NCBI GenBank assembly: GCA_964563385.1
Contig: CAZLVV010000002.1
Coordinates: forward strand, 154 to 64,153
DNA from: an uncultured Gammaproteobacteria bacterium
Lineage (GTDB): Bacteria > Patescibacteriota > Patescibacteriia > 2-12-FULL-60-25
DNA length: 64,000 nt
Direction of reading: 5' to 3'
This document shows, one piece after another, positions 18,580 through 26,452 of the stretch; the first letter of the stretch is position 1, and the number at the start of each line of letters is the position of its first letter. The notes under the pieces were generated by a model. It saw nothing but the letters and a program-made list of their open reading frames with translations, ran no database searches and was not told where the DNA came from. A program made the translations under genes and the position numbers.

Positions 18580-18970
18580 GGGGATGCCGAGCTTCGACGG
18601 TGCGTTTCAACTTATTCTGCAGGTCGAGCTGATACAACTCGTTAAACTGCATCAAAAACGATAATTGCCAACATCGTAGAAAAAGCTAAAGCCGCCATTG
18701 CCAACGCAATGCGCGCGCCTCAAGCTGTACCGGTTCTCGCTTAAGACAACCGTCGATCCCCGTAATGAGCTCGTCATTACGGCGTGTATCGTCATATTAC
18801 GAGCTAAGGTTTACATTCCGGCGCCAATGTAAACACAAAAAGGCATGCGCCAACAGTTATCGCAACTCGCTTGCTCCAAGCGATAACTGTATATTTGAGC
18901 AAGCCAAGCCTGTGAAGATGAATAAGCGGTTCGTATCCGGACAGGGGTGCAACTCCCCTCATCTCCACCA
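18580..18970 (+). ncRNA. ssrA: tmRNA (SsrA)
   Basis: The 5' GGGGATG pairs with the 3' CATCTCC-A-CCA to form a tRNA-Ala-like acceptor with a G3:U70 wobble. T-arm GGGGTGCAACTCCCC. Internal tag frame 18667-18744 (GCC AAC ... GCT TAA). Adjacent to smpB. Confidence 0.9.
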
Positions 18971-19103
18971 ACTAATTAAAATTAAAGTTTTTCAAGATTA
19001 AAATCCATTAAGATAAATAAATTACTCTTAATAAATTTCAATCTTTAAACTTGATAAATTAATGAAAAACTTATAACTTTAATCGTGTAACTCAAAATAT
19101 TAA

Positions 19104-19661
19104 ATGCGCATACATTATAAACGCCGTCGAACACTACATAAATTCGACCAAATAAAATACCGGTACAATGATAAAATTCGAGTGCCGGAAGTTAGAGTTA
19201 TTGATGACGAAGGCGTGCCAAAAGGCATCATGCCAATCAAAGAAGCTCTAGCTTTAGCCGAAGAACGTGGCATGGATTTAGTCGAAGTTTCGCCCAAAGC
19301 CGAACCTCCGGTTTGCAAACTTCTGGATTATGGCGCATTCAAATATCAAAAAGAAAAAGAACTTAAACAACAAAAAGCTCATGCTCGCAAAGTTGAAGTC
19401 AAAGGCATCAGATTATCAGTAAAAATAGGTGTTGGAGATTTAGAAATCCGTAAAAAACAAGCTCTCAAATTTTTGGAAGAAGGTCAAAAGCTAAAAATCG
19501 AAATAATTCTCCGCGGACGCGAAAAAGCTCATGGTGACATAGCTATACAAAAAATCCAAGAATTCATCGCGCAAATAGCTGAACACTACGAACTTTTTAC
19601 CGAGCAAGCTCCTAAACGCCAAGGAGGTAACATTTCGGCAATAATCGGCAGAAAATCTTAA
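19104..19661 (+). CDS. infC: translation initiation factor IF-3
   Basis: 185 aa. IRVPEVRVIDDEGVPKGIMPIKEALALAEERGMDLVEVSPKAEPPVCKLLDYGAFKYQ matches IF-3. Sits in the infC-rpmI-rplT arrangement. Confidence 0.9.
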   Translation: MRIHYKRRRTLHKFDQIKYRYNDKIRVPEVRVIDDEGVPKGIMPIKEALALAEERGMDLVEVSPKAEPPVCKLLDYGAFKYQKEKELKQQKAHARKVEVKGIRLSVKIGVGDLEIRKKQALKFLEEGQKLKIEIILRGREKAHGDIAIQKIQEFIAQIAEHYELFTEQAPKRQGGNISAIIGRKS

Positions 19662-19741
19662 TAATCTAATTCAAGCTCTCGATTTCTAGTCACTGGCTCA
19701 TTTAGCTGATGGCTGGTAAATGATGGCTAGTAACTAAAAAT

Positions 19742-19942
19742 ATGTCTGGTAAAATGAAAACTCATAAAATGATAAGCAAACGGGTAAAGGTCACAAAATC
19801 TGGAAAGTTATTAAAACGTGCGGGAGGTCAAGATCATTTTAATAGTCGAGAATCCGGTAACACCACACGAGGTAAACGCTCCGATAAAATCATTTCAAAA
19901 GCTTTTACCCGCACAGTCAAAGTACTGGCTCGCGTTAAATAA
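19742..19942 (+). CDS. rpmI: 50S ribosomal protein L35
   Basis: MKTHKMISKRVKVTKSGKLLKRAGGQDHF pattern. The true start may be the second ATG at 19754. Confidence 0.9.
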   Translation: MSGKMKTHKMISKRVKVTKSGKLLKRAGGQDHFNSRESGNTTRGKRSDKIISKAFTRTVKVLARVK

Positions 19943-20010
19943 AATACACAATAAGTATTACATCAATCTTATTCTTATATTTTAATTTAAATTTTTATAC
20001 CTAATTCAGT

Positions 20011-20349
20011 ATGCCCAGAGTAAAACGCGGTACACATCATATTAAACGCCGTAAAAACATTCTTGCCCGCACCAAAGGAATGATGTGGGGAAGAAAATCT
20101 AAAATAACACAAGCCAAAGTTGCTTCCACTAAAGCGGGTTTGCATGCATTTACTGATCGCAAACTCAAAAAACGTATAAACAAAGGATTGCAAAATATTC
20201 GTATTAACGCATCTGCAAGATTACTTGATACTTCATATAGCAAATTAATTGGACAAATTAAGAAAAAGAACATCAAATTAAATCGTCGCGTTTTGGCTCA
20301 AATAGCCGATAAATATCCAGTTGTTTTTGAAAAAATCGCTAAAGTTTAA
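20011..20349 (+). CDS. rplT: 50S ribosomal protein L20
   Basis: MPRVKRGTHHIKRRKNILARTKG N-terminus; 112 aa. Confidence 0.9.
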   Translation: MPRVKRGTHHIKRRKNILARTKGMMWGRKSKITQAKVASTKAGLHAFTDRKLKKRINKGLQNIRINASARLLDTSYSKLIGQIKKKNIKLNRRVLAQIADKYPVVFEKIAKV

Positions 20350-20371
20350 AAAATATCCACATATTAAACAA

Positions 20372-20398
20372 AAAATCCGCTCAAAATCGGATTTTTTT
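20372..20398 (+). terminator. rho-independent terminator after rplT
   Basis: AAAATCCG-CTCAAAAT-CGGATTTT stem-loop followed by a T-run, about 20 nt after the rplT stop. Confidence 0.6.
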
Positions 20399-20499
20399 GT
20401 GATATAATATCAACATAATTATACGTTCAATCTCTACGTCATATTCAATAAGTCTAACAAATTACATTTATTGAATCTTCGTTAATATTTTAATATTTT

Positions 20500-22938
20500 A
20501 TGTTAAAACAAGAAGGGTTATCATCTCCATCTTCTCAAGAAAAATTTTCTTCCAAGCAAGAAAAGCAACCAAAAATTAAAGAGATAAAACAACTTGCACC
20601 CGAATCACAAGAGGCGCAAAATTTTTATATTTCCACTGAAAAACTTTTAGATAAATATCATCAAAATCTTATCCAATACAATAAAGAATTGATGTCTTCC
20701 TCATATAATGATGAAATTGCAAAGGACCTAAAAACAGAATTACAACAGATGTGGGATCAGCTTCATAACCTTACGCCTACAATCAAAGAACATGAATACA
20801 TGGTCTTGGATCAAGATATAAAAAATAAAATGATAGAACTATCTAATGAAATAGATAATCTACCCACATTTCCCGGCCAAGATCTCGAACCTCGTGAAGC
20901 TAAAAAACCAGCATTAAATCGCAACATTGATACAGTTATTGTTAATCGCGAAAACGCCAAAAAACAAGCAGAAGAGCATCTTCGCAATCAAGAAAAAGTC
21001 AAAGCCATGCGTAAACAATTAGCTAAGCTCAAGTCATCGTTTGCGGGTAGCTATAAAATGAACACAGTTCACGCTTCAATTTTACTACCACAAATTGTTG
21101 CCTTGCATAAAAATAAAGGCGTTCAACAAAAAGGACAAGGAGGAATTTTAAATTGGATCAAAAACATCGCTGGAGCCCCAGATAAATCAACAAGTAAATT
21201 TACAGCCGAAGAAAGAGCCAAATATTTAGCATTAGATTTAACAAAATTTAAAGCTGATCTCAAAGAAATTCAACAAAGAGAAAAAGAATATAACACCCTT
21301 TGGAATCAAGTTCAAAAAACTGAAAAAAGCAAAAATTTTGATATTGTCGAAGATTTGGAACCTGATGACAGTATCAGCTTTGTAACCCTACGCGAAGGCT
21401 TCAATGATGAAATTCGTAATGCTTACAATGAAGGAGACTCTGCCAAAGCACTACAGTTAAAACAAGAATTGGATGAAGCTTATAAAAATCTACAGGCTCA
21501 TTTCCCAGAAATTTTGCGAGAACGAGTAGAGCAATATCCAATGGATAATTTTTCCGATCAAGAATCCATAAATCCAACCGAAGTTACTCGCGAATTCGAA
21601 TCAGCTAAAACTTTAAAAACACAAAGCACTAAAGACTTAGAAATTGAGTCTGCTGTTACACTTAAAACTCAAAAAACCGAACAACTAGAAAAAGAAAAAC
21701 AAGTAGAAGCAGAGAGAAAAGAAAGACAAGCAAAAATCGAGGAAACCATCAAATCTTTTGGAGGTGATGAAAAAGCTCGACAAAAAGCCTCACAAATGTG
21801 GGAAGATGCTTTTGTAAAATTAGCCATGGTTGAACGCTCCGGTATATTGGAACCAGGTAAAAAAATTGGAAACGCTTTAGATTATGTTCATGCTTACGCC
21901 ACCATGCAAATGAAAGCCACCGAAATGGAACAATTGATGGCTCAAGCTGAGCAAAAAATCATTAATGATACAATAGATTCTTTTGGAGGAGGAGAAGCTG
22001 GCAGAGACAAAGCTGGAGAAATTTGGAATTTAGCCAATCAAATGATGGGTCAAGATTCTTCAGAAGCCGAAGTGCAACGTCAATTTGGTTTTACGCGCAT
22101 GGAATATGTTGAAGCTTGGGCTGATTTATCCAAGGCTCATATCAAAAAAGACAAGGATCTTATAGAATCATTGGAACAACGAGTATACAACATGACTAAA
22201 AAATTATTAGGAGAAGAAGGTCAAAATCTAACCAAAAAACGTTTTGACTCAGAATGGAATTTCTTAGTCGATTCTGGTGCTTCTCGTATGGGAAACATGC
22301 GCGGAATTGGTCAAAATCGCGCCCGCCAAGAATTAGGTCAGCAAATTGAAAAAATTTCTGGCCCGCAACCTATCGAGCTAACTACCGAAGCTTCTCGTAG
22401 CACCGAACGCATCTCCGGTCCCAAAGCATATAGCATGGAATGGGCCATGAATTTATTACCTAATGCCAATTTAGAATGGGATAAAATTGCCAACACTATT
22501 TCTGCAAAACCTTACAATGAACGTAGAACAATATTAAACACCATTAATAATGAAATAAATAATCTTATTAATAAATTAAATCGATTAGATGACATATCTG
22601 AAGAATATAAAAATCTTAAAGCAATAACCGAGATTATGGTCGGGAATCCACCAGAAGCGACTCGTTATGTCATGCTTAAAGTTTTCACGGATGGGGCTTT
22701 TTTCAACGTCAAACCCAATGATGCAAAAGCTAAAAAAGCCATTCTAGATACAATTAAAGCCATAGATCAATTATTAAAATCCAAGCCTGAAACTAAATCT
22801 AAATCCTCACTAAAAGAAGAGTCACCTACTCTAAAAAATAAAGATCTTGTACCAACATTAAAAAGAAAGCCTACTAAAACATTAAAAAGACCTAAAAAAC
22901 CAAGCTCATCACACTCTCCAACTTTAAGAAAAAAATAA
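20500..22938 (+). CDS. large Lys/Glu/Gln-rich coiled-coil-type orphan protein with basic C-terminal tail
   Basis: 812-aa uninterrupted ORF with no signal peptide. Internal duplicated segment (IKSFGGDEKARQKASQMWEDAF / IDSFGGGEAGRDKAGEIWNLAN). C-terminus KRKPTKTLKRPKKPSSSHSPTLRKK. Confidence 0.7.
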   Translation: MLKQEGLSSPSSQEKFSSKQEKQPKIKEIKQLAPESQEAQNFYISTEKLLDKYHQNLIQYNKELMSSSYNDEIAKDLKTELQQMWDQLHNLTPTIKEHEYMVLDQDIKNKMIELSNEIDNLPTFPGQDLEPREAKKPALNRNIDTVIVNRENAKKQAEEHLRNQEKVKAMRKQLAKLKSSFAGSYKMNTVHASILLPQIVALHKNKGVQQKGQGGILNWIKNIAGAPDKSTSKFTAEERAKYLALDLTKFKADLKEIQQREKEYNTLWNQVQKTEKSKNFDIVEDLEPDDSISFVTLREGFNDEIRNAYNEGDSAKALQLKQELDEAYKNLQAHFPEILRERVEQYPMDNFSDQESINPTEVTREFESAKTLKTQSTKDLEIESAVTLKTQKTEQLEKEKQVEAERKERQAKIEETIKSFGGDEKARQKASQMWEDAFVKLAMVERSGILEPGKKIGNALDYVHAYATMQMKATEMEQLMAQAEQKIINDTIDSFGGGEAGRDKAGEIWNLANQMMGQDSSEAEVQRQFGFTRMEYVEAWADLSKAHIKKDKDLIESLEQRVYNMTKKLLGEEGQNLTKKRFDSEWNFLVDSGASRMGNMRGIGQNRARQELGQQIEKISGPQPIELTTEASRSTERISGPKAYSMEWAMNLLPNANLEWDKIANTISAKPYNERRTILNTINNEINNLINKLNRLDDISEEYKNLKAITEIMVGNPPEATRYVMLKVFTDGAFFNVKPNDAKAKKAILDTIKAIDQLLKSKPETKSKSSLKEESPTLKNKDLVPTLKRKPTKTLKRPKKPSSSHSPTLRKK

Positions 22939-22952
22939 TTTCAGAAAATATT

Positions 22953-22976
22953 AAAACTCCGCATACGCGGAGTTTT
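22953..22976. terminator. bidirectional terminator between convergent genes
   Basis: AAAACTCCGC-ATAC-GCGGAGTTTT is flanked by A-runs and T-runs on both sides. It sits between the stop of 20500..22938 (+) and the stop of thrS (-). Confidence 0.65.
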
Positions 22977-22992
22977 ATAATAATTAATTCAA

Positions 22993-24822
22993 TTATTTTT
23001 CTCTTCTTTGAATTTCTATTCTCAAATCGGTTATAAATTCATCTTTTTGTTTTTGATATTGATCTTTCACTCCCCGTTTACGAATAGTCAAATCACCAGT
23101 AATTTCTTTATCTCCAAAAACAATCATATAAGGCACTTTTTTTAATTCAGCGTTACGAATTTTTTTGCCAACCGATTCTGCAACCTGATCAATTTCAGCG
23201 CGAATACCAAAATCCCGCATTTGTGTCATTATTTTTAAAGCCGGCTCTATATGCCTATCCGCAACAGGCAATAGCATTACCTGTATCGGAGCCAACCAAG
23301 TTGGGAAAGCTCCAGCATAATGCTCAATTAATAAACCAATAAAACGTTCAAAGGACCCAAATAAAGCCCTATGCAACATATATGGCTGTTCCTCAACATC
23401 CTCTTTATTAATATAAGTCATTTTAAATCTCTCTGGCAGATTGAAATCAAATTGCAATGTGGAACATTGCCATTCTCGTCCTAAACAATCTTTTATTTTA
23501 AAATCAAGCTTTGGGCCATAAAACGCAGCTCCACCAACATCCTTAGTTATATTCAATCCTTTTTCACGCGCAACTTTTTCTAATACCTTTTCTGTAAATT
23601 CCCAGCCCTCGTCACTACCAATTGCTTTTTGTTTTTTCGGATCTCTTACGGATAAATAAACATGAACGTCTTTTATATCAAAACCAAACGATTTAAACAT
23701 GAATAAAGTAAAATCCACAACATTTTTTAATTCAGTTTCAACTTGATCAGCGCGACAAATAATATGCGCGTCATCTTGTGTAAATCCACGCACTCGAGTC
23801 AATCCAGATAATTCGCCTTTCTTTTCAAATCTATAAACCGTTCCACACTCTGCCCATCTAAAAGGTAAATCGCGATAAGATTTAAGTCCATTTTTATATA
23901 TTTGCACATGAAATGGACAATTCATGGGTTTCAATAAATATCTTTCCGATACAACAGCTTCATGTTTATCTTGCTCATCTTTCAAACTCTTTCCTATCTC
24001 CAATGGAGGATACATCGAATCATTATAAAAACCCCAATGCCCCGAAGTCTCCCATAAAGCCTGCTTGCCTATATGGGGCGTTCTAACCAAATTATAACCA
24101 TTCTTCAGATGTTCAGCGTACCAAAAATCCTCAATGACACGCCATAAAATTGCTCCACGAGGATGCCAAAGGGGCAAACCCAAACCAACCATCTCATCTA
24201 TATGAAATAAATCTAATTCTTTACCTAGTTTACGATGGTCACGTTTTTCTGCTTCTTCAAGCAAAGCTTTATGTCTATTCAACTCTTCTTGCGTCGCAAA
24301 ACATAAGCCATAAATTCTTTGCAATTGCGGATTGGTTTTCTCGCCACGCCAATACGCGCCAGCTATTTTATGTAATTCAAAAACGCCAATTTGGCCAGCC
24401 GTTTCCACATGAGGGCCACGACAAAGATCCGTAAAATCACCCAACTTATACACAGTTGCCTTATTTTTCTTTTCAGGATCTATATCCCCTTTCTCTTCAT
24501 CGCTAATTTTTGTGGTTCCTTTTTCTTTCAAATCATTAAGCAATTCCACCTTAAAAGGTTGTTTCAAAGATTCAAAAAGCTTTATTGCCTCATCTATATT
24601 CATTTCCGATTTTAAAAACGGCTTATTTTCTTGCACGATTTTCTTCATTTCAACTTGTATCGCCTCCAAATCTTCTGGTGTGACTGCGCGCCCAATATCC
24701 ATATCATAATAAAACCCAAAATCAATTACCGGACCAACTCCAAATTTGGCTTCCGAAAATAATCTTTGTACCGCGCTTGCCATAACATGCGCCGCACTAT
24801 GTCTCATTATTTCAATATCCAT
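22993..24822 (-). CDS. thrS: threonine--tRNA ligase (no N-terminal TGS domain)
   Basis: 609 aa. Starts at MDIEIMRHSAAHVMA...GPVIDFGFYYD (editing-domain HxxxH region). Class II core motifs (RDHRKLG, FRWAECGTVYRFE, RVRGFTQDDAHIIC) and anticodon-binding domain are present. Confidence 0.92.
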   Translation of the reverse strand: MDIEIMRHSAAHVMASAVQRLFSEAKFGVGPVIDFGFYYDMDIGRAVTPEDLEAIQVEMKKIVQENKPFLKSEMNIDEAIKLFESLKQPFKVELLNDLKEKGTTKISDEEKGDIDPEKKNKATVYKLGDFTDLCRGPHVETAGQIGVFELHKIAGAYWRGEKTNPQLQRIYGLCFATQEELNRHKALLEEAEKRDHRKLGKELDLFHIDEMVGLGLPLWHPRGAILWRVIEDFWYAEHLKNGYNLVRTPHIGKQALWETSGHWGFYNDSMYPPLEIGKSLKDEQDKHEAVVSERYLLKPMNCPFHVQIYKNGLKSYRDLPFRWAECGTVYRFEKKGELSGLTRVRGFTQDDAHIICRADQVETELKNVVDFTLFMFKSFGFDIKDVHVYLSVRDPKKQKAIGSDEGWEFTEKVLEKVAREKGLNITKDVGGAAFYGPKLDFKIKDCLGREWQCSTLQFDFNLPERFKMTYINKEDVEEQPYMLHRALFGSFERFIGLLIEHYAGAFPTWLAPIQVMLLPVADRHIEPALKIMTQMRDFGIRAEIDQVAESVGKKIRNAELKKVPYMIVFGDKEITGDLTIRKRGVKDQYQKQKDEFITDLRIEIQRREK

Positions 24823-24837
24823 ATTTATTTACTAATT

Positions 24838-24879
24838 AAAAATCCGACCAGCCCTCTGTTTTATCAGAAAACTTGTCGG
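24838..24879 (-). terminator. T-box attenuator (terminator) hairpin immediately upstream of thrS
   Basis: Minus-strand RNA CCGACAAGUUUUCUG-AUAAAA-CAGAGGGCUGGUCGG forms 15 pairs with 1 mismatch and 3 G-U, followed by AUUUUU. Its 5' arm overlaps the 3' strand (CCCG) of the antiterminator helix A1. Confidence 0.55.
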
Positions 24880-25058
24880 GACGACTTGTGATTTTATGCA
24901 ATCACAAACCGCGGTTCCACCCGTATTTCTGCTCATCGTCAAATTGAAACATACAATTAAAATTCCAACTGATGATTATTAGCTGTTAAGCTATTTTGCA
25001 GACTCTCTTTTCTTTATTTGTGATCTGAAACATATCAGACCCTCGGTTGGTGGCCGAT
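24838..25058 (-). promoter_or_regulatory. T-box riboswitch leader of thrS
   Basis: Minus-strand AAUACGGGUGGAACCGCGG (plus coordinates 24909-24923 cover CGGGTGGAACCGCGG) matches the T-box core GGGUGGNACCGCG. It folds as A1 CGGG/CCCG, 7-nt bulge UGGAACC, and a long A2 helix. Bulge UGGA is complementary to the UCCA end of the tRNA-Thr in this window. Confidence 0.6.
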
Positions 25059-25064
25059 ATAAAT

Positions 25065-25093
25065 ATAATATACAATCTGCCTTTTAACGTCAA
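25065..25093 (-). promoter_or_regulatory. sigma70-like promoter of the thrS T-box leader
   Basis: Minus strand reads TTGACG (25088-25093), a 17-nt spacer, then TATTAT (25065-25070). Confidence 0.45.
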
Positions 25094-25148
25094 ACAGAAT
25101 AAATTATAAATTTATTACTTTAGTTTTTATCGAAAGATAATTTAATAT

Positions 25149-26390
25149 TTAGTTAACAATAATCCTGATCTTATCTTTCATGCTTGGCAATCTTTGCACC
25201 CAATTTGGTTGCAGATTCACATCAACTTCTTTAACTCCATCAATTGCAGACCATTTACGAATAACTTCATCCATAGGCAAGCCAACTATGGTATCTTTGC
25301 GAAAAACCGAACTGGATTCAGTAAGTTTACTCATTGCTTCGGCTTTTACAGCCAAAGTGGCTGTGCCTTTTGATTCGTCGGCTTTATCCAATTTAAATGA
25401 TATTTGCGACATATCAATATCGGATAATGAATAACCTTCAGGCAATTTTTGTGTCAATTTTGTTCTTATTAAAGAAGCCAAATCTTCTTTGGGAAAGAAT
25501 ACTGCGGTTACCGTTATTCTCACTTGAGCCATAAATCTATCCATTATTTGTCCCGGCGCCGCATTGCTTTGTTTTTTTGGTTCAGTCACCCAAAAAATCG
25601 ACTCCCACGACGGATCAGCTCCAGCCTCTAGTGTCAAAGTTTTTTTGGCTGTTTCAAAAACTGTAGCATATAATTTTTCTTGAGCTTTGGCTATAGCATC
25701 GGCAGTCACCATTGTTAATGGACCAGAACTGCTATTCTCGCCTACAATATCCGTAATCGTTTCAGCAAATATTTTATCTTGCAAACCTTCCCAAAGGCCG
25801 GGAATAGTCATCTTTACTCCTTTATTAATTTCAAATTCAAAACCCTCTTTGTCCGAAGTAATTTCAACCTCAACCGACCCTCCTGCTGGCACACTGATAT
25901 TTTTATTTATTCTGTAAAGTTTATTATCATTCGTCAACAATCTCGTTGTGGCCACCAAAGGCTGTTCTTTTGAATAGTTATTAATAATTTTAACCTTGCC
26001 CGTAGTTTTAGTTGGAACTCTAGGCGTATCCACACTCGGTTCTATTGGTAGTACCTCATATTCTTTGGCTTCAACATATGTGCCACTAACAATCCTGCCT
26101 CGTATTTGATTGGATTCCGGCGAAGTGGCAATATCAACAAACGTCTCAACTCCAATAGGCTCTTCATCAACCGTTACTGTTATAGTTGCTTTTACTGATG
26201 ATGTCCATAATGCTACCGCTATAACCGCCACGGTCATTAAAACAAAAGTAACAGCTATATTTCGAAATGTTTTTGGAGTTGCTGGTTGCGGAAAAGTACT
26301 TCTAGACATTCCATGGGAAAGTTTAATAGCCATACTAATATAGTATAACACAACAATTAACAAAACTAAAATAATCAATAGAATAAACAA
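25149..26390 (-). CDS. membrane-anchored hypothetical protein
   Basis: 413-aa ORF with N-terminal TM helices (MFILLIILVLLIVVLYY; FVLMTVAVIAVALW) and a large extracytoplasmic domain. No family assigned. Confidence 0.65.
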   Translation of the reverse strand: MFILLIILVLLIVVLYYISMAIKLSHGMSRSTFPQPATPKTFRNIAVTFVLMTVAVIAVALWTSSVKATITVTVDEEPIGVETFVDIATSPESNQIRGRIVSGTYVEAKEYEVLPIEPSVDTPRVPTKTTGKVKIINNYSKEQPLVATTRLLTNDNKLYRINKNISVPAGGSVEVEITSDKEGFEFEINKGVKMTIPGLWEGLQDKIFAETITDIVGENSSSGPLTMVTADAIAKAQEKLYATVFETAKKTLTLEAGADPSWESIFWVTEPKKQSNAAPGQIMDRFMAQVRITVTAVFFPKEDLASLIRTKLTQKLPEGYSLSDIDMSQISFKLDKADESKGTATLAVKAEAMSKLTESSSVFRKDTIVGLPMDEVIRKWSAIDGVKEVDVNLQPNWVQRLPSMKDKIRIIVN

Positions 26391-26452
26391 CTCATAATTA
26401 AAAATATAAGCTATAAAATATCAAATTAACAATAACACCTATTATTTGATAC

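Noticed and set aside
18765-19001. 78-aa plus-strand ORF
   Set aside because: It lies within the 3' half of the tmRNA gene (pseudoknots and tRNA-like domain), so it is not a protein gene.
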